Shown in pieces: positions 29,675 through 39,785 of a stretch of 64,000 nt of DNA. The notes below the pieces were generated by a model, which was given only the letters and a program-made list of their open reading frames with translations, made no database searches and was not told where the DNA came from. Source of the stretch: Halanaerobiales bacterium (lineage in GTDB: Bacteria > Bacillota > Halanaerobiia > Halanaerobiales > M55B127); assembly GCA_018334565.1 (NCBI GenBank), contig JAGXLU010000005.1, positions 1,244 through 65,243 on the forward strand, written 5' to 3'. The position numbers and the translations under genes were made by a program. The first letter of the stretch is position 1, and every line of letters begins with the position of its first letter.

Positions 29675-32335
29675 TTAGCTTTGATCTTCTATCTGGACTT
29701 GAGCTGCAGATAACCTCGCTAATGGTACTCTAAATGGCGAACAAGATACATAATTCAAACCAGTTCTATGACAGAACTTAACAGAACTCGGCTCTCCACC
29801 ATGTTCTCCACATATTCCAATTTTTAAATCTTTTCTAGTAGCTCTTCCTTTTTCAACTGCAATCTGCATTAATTGACCAACGCCCTCCTGGTCTAAGACC
29901 TGGAATGGGTTGTTTTTAAATACATTATCTTCAATATATTTAGCAAGGAATTTCCCTTCTGCATCATCCCTACTAAATCCATAAGTGGTTTGTGTTAAAT
30001 CATTAGTACCAAATGAAAAGAATTCAGCCTCTTCAGCAATTTTATCAGCGGTAACACAGGCTCTGGGCAATTCTATCATTGTTCCAATTGTATAGTCCAG
30101 CTCAACGCCCATTTCATCTAATACTTCTTCAGCAGCTTTTTTAGCAGCTTCTTTTGTTATTTCCAGCTCAGCTATATCAGATACCAGAGGAATCATAACT
30201 TCAGGTGTTACTTCTTTCCCTTCAAGTACGAGTTCTCCAGCTGCTTCAAAAATTGCTCTAACCTGCATGTTATAGATTTCAGGATAACTTATTCCCAGCC
30301 TACAACCGCGGTGACCCAGCATTGGATTCATCTCTTCCATACGTTCTAGTGCTTTCAGCATATTTTCTTTTTCTTTTATTTTTTCTTCATTATCACCCTT
30401 AAGCCTTAATTCTGTAACCTCAACCAATACTTGGTCATGGTCAGGTAAGAATTCATGTAAGGGTGGATCTAACAATCTAATAGTAACAGGTCTTGCTCCC
30501 ATAGCCTCAAAAATACCTTTAAAATCCTCTTTCTGCATGGGTTGAAGTTTCTCTAATGCTTCTTCTCTCACTGTCTTATCAGATGTTAATATCATTTTCT
30601 GCACAATGGGTAAGCGGTCTTCAGCAAAGAACATATGTTCTGTTCTAGTTAGACCAATCCCCTCTGCCCCATATTCAATTGCTTTGGCAGCATCTTCGGG
30701 AGTATCAGCATTAGTTCTGACTCCCAGTTTTCTAATTTCATCGGCCCATTCCATAATGGTTTTAAAGTTTTCATCAATTTCCGGATCAATAGTAGGGGCA
30801 ATTCCATAAGAAACTTCTCCGTTTCCACCATCTATAGTAATGTATTCTCCTTTTTTAATTGTTCTACCATCAACTGTAAATTCCTCTTTTTCATAATCAA
30901 CATTGATATCTTCACAACCTGCCACGGCAGGTTTACCCATACCACGGGCTACAACAGCAGCATGACTTGTCATCCCGCCGCGGGAAGTTAAAATACCCTG
31001 AGCAGCAGCCATACCATGGATATCTTCAGGTGATGTTTCAGTCCTGACTAAGATAACCTTTTCACCAGCATCCCCTCTTTCAGCTGCTTCATCTGAATTA
31101 AAGATAACCGTACCGGAAGCTGCTCCTGGAGACGCATCTAGTCCCATTGCTAATAGATCAACTTCTGCATCTGGATCTATTCTTTTATGCAGTAATTCAT
31201 CTAATTTTTTTGGTTCAATTCTCATGACAGCAGTTTCTTTATCAATTAATCCTTCTGTCTCCATATCTACAGCTATTTTAACAGCAGCCTGAGCTGTTCT
31301 CTTACCGGTTCTGGTCTGCAGCATATAAAGTTCACCCTGCTGAATTGTAAATTCAACATCCTGCACATCTTTATAGTGCTGCTCCAATTTTTCAAATATC
31401 TCAACCAGCTGTTCATAGGCATGAGGCATGTCATCTTCCAGCTTTGAAATATCCTTAGGAGTCCTTACACCTGATACAACATCTTCACCCTGTGCATTTT
31501 TTAGATACTCTCCATAATATTTTTTTTCTCCTGTAGAAGGGTCACGGGTAAAGGCCACACCGGTTCCACAGTTTTTACCCATGTTACCATAGACCATAGT
31601 TTGTACATTAACAGCTGTACCCCAGTGATGTGGGATATCATTAAGGTTTCTATAACTAATAGCCCTTTCATTATTCCAGGAACCAAATACAGCTGTTATA
31701 GCTTTCCATAACTGTTCTTTAGGATCTTCAGGAAAAGTAACTCCTGTTTCTTTTTTAATGAAATCTTTAAACTCTTTTACTAATTCTTTTAAGGCCTTTA
31801 CGCCCAAATCAGTATCAATTTCAACATCATATTCTTCTTTTTTTGCTTCTATTATTTTTTCAAAATCACTACCATCCATACCTAATACAACATTTCCATA
31901 CATCTGTACAAATCTACGGTATGAATCATAGGCAAACCTATCATTACCTGTTTTTTTTGCAAGACCTTTGACTGTTTCATCATTAAGCCCAAGATTTAAA
32001 ACTGTATCCATCATACCAGGCATAGATTCACGTGCACCGGACCTAACTGAAACCAGAAGGGGATCTTCTATTTCTCCAAATTTTTGATCCATTAGTTCTT
32101 CCAATCTTTCTAGTGCTCTCTCTACCTGCTCATCTAAACCTCGTGGATAATTTTCATCATTCTCATAATATAGTGTACATACTTCAGTAGTGATTGTAAA
32201 TCCAGGTGGAACATTGATGCCAAGGTTGGTCATTTCTGCCAAGTTTGCACCTTTACCACCAAGTAGGTTCTTTAAACCTGTCCTGCCATCTGCTTCTCCA
32301 CCACCAAAAAAATAAACATATTTGTTTTCAGACAT
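29675..32335 (-). CDS. ppdK: Pyruvate, phosphate dikinase
   Basis: 886 aa. It has an N-terminal ATP-grasp domain (GGKGANLAEM), the phospho-His domain GGMTSHAAVVARG, and a C-terminal PEP-utilising TIM barrel (FFSFGTNDLTQ, CGEHGG). Confidence 0.97.
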   Translation of the reverse strand: MSENKYVYFFGGGEADGRTGLKNLLGGKGANLAEMTNLGINVPPGFTITTEVCTLYYENDENYPRGLDEQVERALERLEELMDQKFGEIEDPLLVSVRSGARESMPGMMDTVLNLGLNDETVKGLAKKTGNDRFAYDSYRRFVQMYGNVVLGMDGSDFEKIIEAKKEEYDVEIDTDLGVKALKELVKEFKDFIKKETGVTFPEDPKEQLWKAITAVFGSWNNERAISYRNLNDIPHHWGTAVNVQTMVYGNMGKNCGTGVAFTRDPSTGEKKYYGEYLKNAQGEDVVSGVRTPKDISKLEDDMPHAYEQLVEIFEKLEQHYKDVQDVEFTIQQGELYMLQTRTGKRTAQAAVKIAVDMETEGLIDKETAVMRIEPKKLDELLHKRIDPDAEVDLLAMGLDASPGAASGTVIFNSDEAAERGDAGEKVILVRTETSPEDIHGMAAAQGILTSRGGMTSHAAVVARGMGKPAVAGCEDINVDYEKEEFTVDGRTIKKGEYITIDGGNGEVSYGIAPTIDPEIDENFKTIMEWADEIRKLGVRTNADTPEDAAKAIEYGAEGIGLTRTEHMFFAEDRLPIVQKMILTSDKTVREEALEKLQPMQKEDFKGIFEAMGARPVTIRLLDPPLHEFLPDHDQVLVEVTELRLKGDNEEKIKEKENMLKALERMEEMNPMLGHRGCRLGISYPEIYNMQVRAIFEAAGELVLEGKEVTPEVMIPLVSDIAELEITKEAAKKAAEEVLDEMGVELDYTIGTMIELPRACVTADKIAEEAEFFSFGTNDLTQTTYGFSRDDAEGKFLAKYIEDNVFKNNPFQVLDQEGVGQLMQIAVEKGRATRKDLKIGICGEHGGEPSSVKFCHRTGLNYVSCSPFRVPLARLSAAQVQIEDQS

Positions 32336-32561
32336 TAAATTAATACCTCCTCTAATTTTGCGAAAATAAGTTACAAAAATTGCTATTAATAAAATAAATA
32401 TAGATTTTGTTATTATACAAAGAATTTAAAATTGTAGTTATAGACCACCTCCTGGTTTGGTTTCAGTAATAGGCTATATTTTTGTAATTATATACAATTA
32501 ATTTTACATGCAATTATTAATATTCTATACTAATATGTAAATACCTGCTTTATTTTTAATT

Positions 32562-34640
32562 TTATTGTTTATAGGAAAAATCGCCTAAACTTTTCATCAA
32601 TAGCTTTATTTTATTTAATAAAGCCAAACGATTTTCTTTAATTTTCTCATCTTCTGACATAACTCTAACCTCTTCAAAAAAATCGTGCACTGGTTCTATA
32701 ATTTCTATCAAACTGTGGAAGGCTTTTTTGAAATCTCTTCTATCTATATATTTTTTTACTTCTTTATTTGTTTTTTTATACTTTTTATATAATACTTTTT
32801 CTTCCTCTTTTTTAAATAGATCAGTATTTATTTCTTTTTGTTCAATATCTTTTATTATACTATCAACCCTATTGAAGGCTGTCAAAAAATCTTCAAACAA
32901 CTCATTGTCTTTTAATTCATCTAAAAGATTAATTACTTTCTTAATAAGAGGTATTGATAAGGGTAATCCATAGATTACCGTCCTAATTAGATCAACATCA
33001 TATCCTCTCTCTCTAAACGTATATTGAATACGATCTAAGATAAATACTCTTATTTTATTAAGCAGTTGTTTTGAATTCAGCTGCAAATTCTGCTCAGATT
33101 CTGAAAAAACATCTAAACTGAATTGAAAAAGCCTATCAATTTCAACCTCATAATTCAAATCTTCTAACAACCTTAAAATACCGATAGCCGCTCTCCTTAA
33201 CCCATAGGGATCCTGAGAACCGCTTGGAATTAGGTTAATACCAAAAAACCCGGTCAATGTATCAATTTTATCACTCAAACTTACTATTTTACCCAGCTCG
33301 GTTTTTGGTAATTTGCTTTTAGCTGAATCGGGTAAATAATGCTCTTTTACAGCCAGAGCTATATCAGAATTTATGTTGTGGTTTTCAACATATATGCTTC
33401 CCATTACTCCCTGTAATTCGGGGAATTCTCTTACCATTTGAGAAACCAAATCTATCTTTGCATATTTGGCTGCTTTTTTTATTTTAGCAAGATTTTCTTC
33501 AGAGAAGTTTAAGCTTTCAGCAATTTTGCTACTTAAACTTATATTGCGCTGTGTTTTATCATACATACTGCCTAATTCTTCTCTTAAAATTAACCCTTTT
33601 AAATTTTCTAAAAAATAATCTAAATCTTTATTAACATCTCTTTGATAATAAAACTCTGCATCTTCCAACCTTGCTTTTAAAACATTTTCATTACCACTTC
33701 TAACTAAATCTATATTTTTTTTGCTGCCTTCTTTAACTACTATAAATTTATTACTTAACTCTCCATTTTGCTTCCAGAGTGGGAAGTATTTTTGATGCTC
33801 TTTAAGCGGAGTAACTATAACAGGTTCAGGTAACTTTAAATATTTTTGATTAAAAGTTGCTAAAAAGGGACTGGGGTATTCAACTAAGTGTATTACCTCA
33901 TCTAGCAGTTTTTTATCTATATTAAATAGCAATTCCTCTTCATAGATAATAGTTTCAATTTCTTCTAATATTATCTCTCTTCTTTGTTGTGGTCTTACAA
34001 TTACATATGCTTTTTTTAATAATTCTTGATATTGATCAACTGAATCTACAACAAGCTTTTTGTCAAACAAAAACCTGTGTCCTCTTGTAAAGTTATCTGA
34101 TTTCAGATGTTCAATTTCAAATTCAATAACCTCATCGTTATATAAGGCTAATAACCAATGAATTGGTCGAATAAAACTAAGCTTGTGGCTACCCCACCTC
34201 ATTTTAATTGGCAGGTTAACTTCTTTAATTAACCTTTTATAAATTATTTTGAGTAGTTCTTTAGTTTGCTTTCTTTCTTTTTCTATAACTGCATAAAGAT
34301 AAACGCCTTTTTGAGTATCTCTTTCTATGAGTTCTGAAACTTTCATTTTCAGTCCCCGGGCAAAGCCTTTTGCCGCTTTAGTAGGGTTTCCCTCTTGATC
34401 AAAAGCAATATTTTTAGGAGGTCCTTTGATTTCATTAACTTCTTGTTTTTGATATTTAGACAGACCATTTAATTTAACTACAATCCTCCTCGGCGCTCCA
34501 TATACTTCTATATCTTCACAATCAATCCTATATTCAGCTAAAAGCTCATCAATTTTACCTTGAAAGTTATTATATATTTGCTTGACCAATTTAGCTGGTA
34601 TTTCTTCAGTTCCTATTTCTAAAAGACTACAATTATTCAT
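32562..34640 (-). CDS. glyS: Glycine--tRNA ligase beta subunit
   Basis: Conserved stretches are [12 protein letters not shown] and [15 protein letters not shown] chose the ATG at 34640 because the ORF-track GTG at 34649 lies within the putative SD region. It overlaps the glyQ stop. Confidence 0.96.
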   Translation of the reverse strand: MNNCSLLEIGTEEIPAKLVKQIYNNFQGKIDELLAEYRIDCEDIEVYGAPRRIVVKLNGLSKYQKQEVNEIKGPPKNIAFDQEGNPTKAAKGFARGLKMKVSELIERDTQKGVYLYAVIEKERKQTKELLKIIYKRLIKEVNLPIKMRWGSHKLSFIRPIHWLLALYNDEVIEFEIEHLKSDNFTRGHRFLFDKKLVVDSVDQYQELLKKAYVIVRPQQRREIILEEIETIIYEEELLFNIDKKLLDEVIHLVEYPSPFLATFNQKYLKLPEPVIVTPLKEHQKYFPLWKQNGELSNKFIVVKEGSKKNIDLVRSGNENVLKARLEDAEFYYQRDVNKDLDYFLENLKGLILREELGSMYDKTQRNISLSSKIAESLNFSEENLAKIKKAAKYAKIDLVSQMVREFPELQGVMGSIYVENHNINSDIALAVKEHYLPDSAKSKLPKTELGKIVSLSDKIDTLTGFFGINLIPSGSQDPYGLRRAAIGILRLLEDLNYEVEIDRLFQFSLDVFSESEQNLQLNSKQLLNKIRVFILDRIQYTFRERGYDVDLIRTVIYGLPLSIPLIKKVINLLDELKDNELFEDFLTAFNRVDSIIKDIEQKEINTDLFKKEEEKVLYKKYKKTNKEVKKYIDRRDFKKAFHSLIEIIEPVHDFFEEVRVMSEDEKIKENRLALLNKIKLLMKSLGDFSYKQ

Positions 34641-35517
34641 TTTTATCACTTCCTTTCAGCAGGGGAAAGCCCAGAGAATCACGTTTTTGAACATAAGCTT
34701 TTGCACACTGGCGAGCCAGGTCCCTTACTCTGGCAATATAACCCGTTCTTTCTGAAACACTAATCGCCCCCCTAGCTTCAAGTAAGTTAAATACATGAGA
34801 ACACTTTAATGTATAATCATAAGCGGGATAAACCAACTCTTTTTTTACCAATTTAAGAGCTTCATCTTCATATATATTGAAAAGCCGATTTAAATTTTTT
34901 TTATCAGCTTCTTCAAAGTTATATACTGAATTTTCTTTTTCAATCTGTAAGTTAACATCCCGATAGCTAATATCTTCAACCCATTCAATATCAAATATAT
35001 TTTCTACATCCTGTAGATACATTGCTATTCTTTCCAAACCATAGGTTATCTCAGCTGTAACAGGTTCACAATCTAAGCCGCCCACCTGTTGAAAATATGT
35101 AAACTGGGTAATTTCCATTCCATCCAGCCAGACCTCCCAGCCCAGCCCCCAGGCACCTAAAGTTGGGGCTTCCCAATTATCTTCAACAAACCTTATATCA
35201 TGTTTTTGGGGTTCAATCCCGATTGATTTCAAACTGTCTAAATAGATGTTCTGTATATCATCAGGCGAGGGTTTTATAATAACCTGATACTGTAGATATC
35301 TTTGCAGGCGAAAGGGGTTTTCACCATACCTACCATCTGCCGGCCTTCTACTTGGTTGAACATAACCTGTTTTCCACGGTTCCGGGCCTAATGATCTTAA
35401 AAATGTGGAGGGGCTCATTGTTCCAGCCCCGACTTCGGTATCATAGGGTTGTTCAATTATACAATTATAATCACTCCAAAATTTGTGTAGATTCTGTATC
35501 ATATCCTGAAAATTCAT
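34633..35517 (-). CDS. glyQ: Glycine--tRNA ligase alpha subunit
   Basis: Homology begins at [19 protein letters not shown]. The ATG at 35517 lies 9 nt after a GGGAGGA SD, and the ORF-track TTG at 35535 is an extension. The conserved stretch [19 protein letters not shown] is present. Confidence 0.97.
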   Translation of the reverse strand: MNFQDMIQNLHKFWSDYNCIIEQPYDTEVGAGTMSPSTFLRSLGPEPWKTGYVQPSRRPADGRYGENPFRLQRYLQYQVIIKPSPDDIQNIYLDSLKSIGIEPQKHDIRFVEDNWEAPTLGAWGLGWEVWLDGMEITQFTYFQQVGGLDCEPVTAEITYGLERIAMYLQDVENIFDIEWVEDISYRDVNLQIEKENSVYNFEEADKKNLNRLFNIYEDEALKLVKKELVYPAYDYTLKCSHVFNLLEARGAISVSERTGYIARVRDLARQCAKAYVQKRDSLGFPLLKGSDKNE

Positions 35518-35549
35518 CAAAACCATTCCTCCCAATAAAAATATCTTTT

Positions 35550-35589
35550 AATATAATACAAATACCTCATCCCATCTAGAGACGAGGTA
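35550..35589 (-). terminator. Hairpin plus T-rich tract between recO and glyQ (terminator or attenuator)
   Basis: Minus strand 35589-35563 forms TACCTCGTCTC-TAGAT-GGGATGAGGTA, an 11-bp stem including G-U pairs, followed by TTTGTATTATATT. An upstream 5-bp hairpin GGTAG/CTACC (35601-35586) shares 4 nt with its 5' arm. Confidence 0.5.
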
Positions 35590-35607
35590 GGACTTGCTAC
35601 CTATATG

Positions 35608-36381
35608 TTAATTTTTATCAAAAGCTTTAATGATTTGCAAAAAATCATTTGACTTTAAATTTAAGTCTAGATGGTATAATATAAATTGATCAATCAGTTT
35701 ATCTAAATTTCTAATCAAGTCTATATTGACGTCTAAATCATCTAAAGAATTAATCTCAGATCTATATACTCTTTTTATTAGATCTAATTCATTTTGTTTT
35801 AATAAATGATAATTTTCATCCCTCTCCTTTAAACATTCAGAACAGATTAATCCACCTTCTTTTACATTAAAGAACTGCCTATCTGCTGTTTTTTGTTTCC
35901 CACCACATTCATAACAATAATTTATTCTGGGCTGCACACCTATATATTTTAAAAAAAGTAATTTATATACAACATTTATATTTTCTAATTTTTCTATAGG
36001 GTTTTTTGACATTTTATAGAATGTCTTTAATATCAACTTAAATAGATTTTTATTGGAATGGTATTCCATACCAGCTTTTTCAACCATTTCTGAAAAATAG
36101 GCGGCATAAGCCATTTTATTGAGATTATTCCTCAAATCTTCAAATCTGTGGATATTGTCTACACTATTTAATCGATCCAATGATTTACTTTTATAGACCT
36201 TAATTAAATTATAGCAATACGGTAATACCAAAGCTGAAACTCTATTATTATTGGAATTCCTTGCTTTCTTAGCTACAGCTCTAATCTTTCCCTCTTCTTT
36301 TGTATAGAAAGTTATTATTTTGTCTGCTTCACCCAAATCAAATTGCTTTAATACTACAGCCTCTGTTTGTATCAAAGACAT
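35608..36381 (-). CDS. recO: DNA repair protein RecO
   Basis: 257 aa. It has an N-terminal OB fold (TEAVVLKQFDLGEADKIITFYT) and a Cys4 zinc motif (CYECG...CSEC). Confidence 0.9.
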   Translation of the reverse strand: MSLIQTEAVVLKQFDLGEADKIITFYTKEEGKIRAVAKKARNSNNNRVSALVLPYCYNLIKVYKSKSLDRLNSVDNIHRFEDLRNNLNKMAYAAYFSEMVEKAGMEYHSNKNLFKLILKTFYKMSKNPIEKLENINVVYKLLFLKYIGVQPRINYCYECGGKQKTADRQFFNVKEGGLICSECLKERDENYHLLKQNELDLIKRVYRSEINSLDDLDVNIDLIRNLDKLIDQFILYHLDLNLKSNDFLQIIKAFDKN

Positions 36382-36397
36382 TCAACTTTCCCACTTT

Positions 36398-37081
36398 CTA
36401 ATCTTTAATATCAGTTACTATTTCAACACCAGAACTTGCTCCAATTCTATTGGCTCCAGCATCAAGCATAGATAAAGCATCTTCAAAATTTTTAATACCA
36501 CCTGAAGCCTTTACTCCTATATCACGGCCTACAACTTTCCTCATTAAACTTACTTTTTCTTCCTCTGCCCCAGCTGATCCAAATCCTGTAGAAGTTTTAA
36601 CAAAATCCCCTCCTGCTTCTTTAACAATTTCACAGGCTTTGACTATCTCTTCATCATTTAAATAACAGGTCTCCAAGATAACCTTGACGATTACATCAGA
36701 GGTTACCCCAGAAGATCTTGTAGCATCTATGATAGCCTTAATATCTGATCTTACAAGGTCATAAGCACCAGATTTAAATGCCCCTATATTCATCACCATA
36801 TCAACTTCTTTTGCCCCATTTTTTATTGCGTTTTTTGTTTCGAAAGCTTTTGTCTCTGTAGTATTAGCCCCTAAGGGAAAACCAATCACAGTAGCAACAT
36901 TAACCGAAGATTCCTCTAATAATTTTGTTGCCAGGGGAACATATATCGGATTTACACAAACAGATGCAAATTGATATTCTAAAGCCTCCTCACATAATTT
37001 TTTGATTTGATCAACTGTTGCAGTAGCATTTAAATTAGTATGGTCAATCATCTTCGCCATATCTCTTGGCTTAATAGCCAC
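36398..37081 (-). CDS. deoC: Deoxyribose-phosphate aldolase
   Basis: 227 aa. It has IDHTNL, the catalytic Lys context FVKTSTGF and VKASGGI. The start is a GTG with a GAAGGAG SD 9 nt upstream. Confidence 0.95.
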   Translation of the reverse strand: MAIKPRDMAKMIDHTNLNATATVDQIKKLCEEALEYQFASVCVNPIYVPLATKLLEESSVNVATVIGFPLGANTTETKAFETKNAIKNGAKEVDMVMNIGAFKSGAYDLVRSDIKAIIDATRSSGVTSDVIVKVILETCYLNDEEIVKACEIVKEAGGDFVKTSTGFGSAGAEEEKVSLMRKVVGRDIGVKASGGIKNFEDALSMLDAGANRIGASSGVEIVTDIKD

Positions 37082-37345
37082 TATTAATCACTCCTTCTCC
37101 ATTTATAAAAAATTATCAATCATAATTGAATCCGAATAAAATACCTGTACTTGTTATCCAGGCCTTTGATAGCCTCACTCAAATTCATATGATCAATTGT
37201 TTCTAAAAACGCGGCCAGCTCTTCATCTGGCAGCCTGTTTAAAAACTCTGCTTTATCAGCAAAATAACCATTAGCTTATAGGACATCGATATTATAATAT
37301 CTAAGGGGGATATATTCATCATATTTTCTGTCTGCCCTCCAATAA

Positions 37346-38230
37346 TCACCCCTTATAACCCATTCTTCTTAACAATACCTTATTATCCCTCCAATCTTTT
37401 TCAATCTTAATCCAAAGATCGAGATAAACTTTTTGTTGAAGAAGTTTTTCAATATCCTTTCTTGCTCTTACTCCAATTTTTTTTAACATCTTACCATTTT
37501 TACCTATAATTATACCTTTATGCGACTTCTTTTCTACATAAATATTTGATCTGATATACATTATATTATCATTTCTTTCTTCCATTTCTTCTATCAACAC
37601 TGCTATACCGAAGGGAATTTCTTCTCTCAGTAAATAAAACATTTTTTCTCTTATCATTTCAGCCACGATAAATTGTTCAATTTGATCAGTTATCATATCT
37701 TCTGGAAAGTACTGGGGACCTTCTGGTAAATGTTTAAAAATCTCATCTAATAGTGTTTTTACATTCCTGCCTGTCTTAGAAGATATTGGTATTATTTCCT
37801 CTTCAATATTCATTTGAAAGTCATTAATTACTTGGGGTAATTTAGTTTTTTTAATTCTGTCTATCTTATTTAATACTATTAAAAATGGCTGGCTTGAGTT
37901 CTTAATTTGATTATATATAACTTGATCTGATTTTTTATAATTTTTGGTAGCTTCCAACATCAATATGATAATATCAATTCCCTCTAAGCTTTTATAGGCT
38001 TCATTGACCATATATCTATCAAGGTCATTTTTTACTTTATAAATCCCGGGAGTGTCCACAAAAATTATCTGTCCTCTCTTGGCAGTATAGATAGCTTTTA
38101 TACTATTACGAGTTGTTTGAGGTCGGGGAGAAGTAATAGATATTTTTTCTCCAATTAGATGATTGATTAAAGTTGATTTACCTACATTAGGTCTTCCTAC
38201 TACTGTCACAAATCCTGATTTAAAAATCAT
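37346..38230 (-). CDS. era: GTPase Era
   Basis: 294 aa. It has G1 GRPNVGKST, G3 DTPG, G4 NKID and a C-terminal KH domain. Its start overlaps the cdd stop. Confidence 0.97.
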   Translation of the reverse strand: MIFKSGFVTVVGRPNVGKSTLINHLIGEKISITSPRPQTTRNSIKAIYTAKRGQIIFVDTPGIYKVKNDLDRYMVNEAYKSLEGIDIIILMLEATKNYKKSDQVIYNQIKNSSQPFLIVLNKIDRIKKTKLPQVINDFQMNIEEEIIPISSKTGRNVKTLLDEIFKHLPEGPQYFPEDMITDQIEQFIVAEMIREKMFYLLREEIPFGIAVLIEEMEERNDNIMYIRSNIYVEKKSHKGIIIGKNGKMLKKIGVRARKDIEKLLQQKVYLDLWIKIEKDWRDNKVLLRRMGYKG

Positions 38231-38643
38231 TGATCTATATCACCCTTAGCAAATGCATCAGGTAATAGCTCTTGATTTTTTTTAATTATTTCCCTACCAT
38301 CTATTGTCATCATTATTACATCAATCTCCTTGCTAAATTCATTAATAACCTGCCTGCAGCTGCCACAGGGAGTAACCGGCTTTTTAGTCTTTGATAATAC
38401 TAACAGGGCTTTAAAATCAGTATATCCCTCAGAAACTGCTTTAAATATTGCTGTTCTTTCTGCACACATAGTAGCACCATAAGCAGCATTCTCTATATTT
38501 ACACCTGTAAATATCTTACCTTCTTTTGTCAATAAAGCCGCTGCTAAAGGAAAGTTTGAATAAGGCACATAGGCATTATCTATTACACCTTGAGCGGCCT
38601 TTTTTAATTTTTCTTTCAACTTTTTATTAATCATTATCATCAC
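38227..38643 (-). CDS. cdd: Cytidine deaminase
   Basis: 138 aa with the Zn ligand motifs CAERTA and PCGSCRQ. The exact start among three N-terminal Met codons is unresolved. Confidence 0.95.
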   Translation of the reverse strand: MMIMINKKLKEKLKKAAQGVIDNAYVPYSNFPLAAALLTKEGKIFTGVNIENAAYGATMCAERTAIFKAVSEGYTDFKALLVLSKTKKPVTPCGSCRQVINEFSKEIDVIMMTIDGREIIKKNQELLPDAFAKGDIDQ

Positions 38644-39733
38644 TTTCTTTATAACTAATATTTGTATTAATAGGTACTATTTGAATCCAGGTTTTACCGG
38701 GGTTTAAAGTAACTATATTGTTATCATTATCATAAAAGTTAGTATAGTCCTCATTGCTTTTTTCCCAGTATCCTTCACTAACTAGACCATTTTTAAAATA
38801 TAATGTTTTGCCTCCACTCTTTAGATCCATATTCAATCTGCCTATCTCATCTTTAACTGAAGTATCCACAAATTGTACTATGATATTACTTATTTCAATC
38901 TGACTGCCATCTTCACATAAATGAGGATTATCTAAACTATTTAGATATCTCTTGTATTTATTTTCTTCGCTAATATAACGGTATAACACTTTGTAGTTAC
39001 CCCAGTAATCAACTGTGATTTCTTCCGCCGAGGCTTTTGCATCAGAGATAATCATTATCTCTTCAAAATTAAATCTATTTTCATATTCAACAAGCGCTAT
39101 ATCATTTAGATATTCATATATCCTATATTCTCCTGTATATAAATTATGAGGGGTTGATTTTTGTTCATCTCGCCAGTAATATTTTCCGTTATATATTTGA
39201 TCAAGACTTTTATACTCCAGATCTTTAATTAAATCAAAACCATCTGGGCTGGCCCCTGCATGCAGTAAAAGCGCATTATATTCCCGTGCAATTGTTATCA
39301 TATAAGGCCTTAAACTCCTAATCGGTCCTATCTTTTCTGGTATATCAGACCAATATAAAGCTAAAAATCTGGTAATCCCACCCTCTACTAAAAACTCATA
39401 AACTAGCGGTGCTTCCAAAATACCAGACTGTGGCCTTGCTTGGGCAGAGTTCTCTATACTGGCCATTACAGCTCTATGTGAAACCTCTTTTGCTATGGGT
39501 AAATAAGAAAATTTAGACAAATTTATATCTTCATTTTCTTCATTATTATCTTGTTTAACTTGATCACTTTGCTTTTGATTATCCTCTTTTTCATCTTTTA
39601 CAACTTCAGTTGTCGATTCGTTTTCTGATTGGTCATTTAAAGAGACGTCATTTAATAAATTGCTTCTCAGTAAAAATGCACCTGCAACTATTATAATTAA
39701 TATGATCAGTCCGTACATAAAAGGTTTTTTCAT
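38627..39733 (-). CDS. DUF3048-domain secreted/lipoprotein-like protein (YerB-like)
   Basis: Conserved stretches are ARPQSGILEAPLVYEFLVEGGITRFLALYW and HAGASPDG, typical of DUF3048. An N-terminal TM/signal segment follows the ATG at 39733, and the ORF-track start at 39754 adds 7 codons. Confidence 0.8.
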   Translation of the reverse strand: MKKPFMYGLIILIIIVAGAFLLRSNLLNDVSLNDQSENESTTEVVKDEKEDNQKQSDQVKQDNNEENEDINLSKFSYLPIAKEVSHRAVMASIENSAQARPQSGILEAPLVYEFLVEGGITRFLALYWSDIPEKIGPIRSLRPYMITIAREYNALLLHAGASPDGFDLIKDLEYKSLDQIYNGKYYWRDEQKSTPHNLYTGEYRIYEYLNDIALVEYENRFNFEEIMIISDAKASAEEITVDYWGNYKVLYRYISEENKYKRYLNSLDNPHLCEDGSQIEISNIIVQFVDTSVKDEIGRLNMDLKSGGKTLYFKNGLVSEGYWEKSNEDYTNFYDNDNNIVTLNPGKTWIQIVPINTNISYKESDDND

Positions 39734-39785
39734 CTTTACACCCCAATAATACAAAATTTATTATGTCTTATATTTTATAAGATCT

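Noticed and set aside
32336-32561. The 225-nt region upstream of ppdK was examined for a riboswitch or obvious operator.
   Set aside because: It is very AT-rich, with only short imperfect inverted repeats and no recognisable riboswitch core. I cannot support any specific call beyond it probably containing the ppdK promoter.
37239-37322. A 27-codon hydrophobic ORF (MMNISPLDIIISMSYKLMVILLIKQSF) lies in the era-deoC gap, downstream of a GGAGGG element.
   Set aside because: The GGAGG-to-ATG spacing is about 13 nt, which is too long for efficient initiation, and I recognise no conservation. The alternative broken frame in the same gap is reported as a finding instead.
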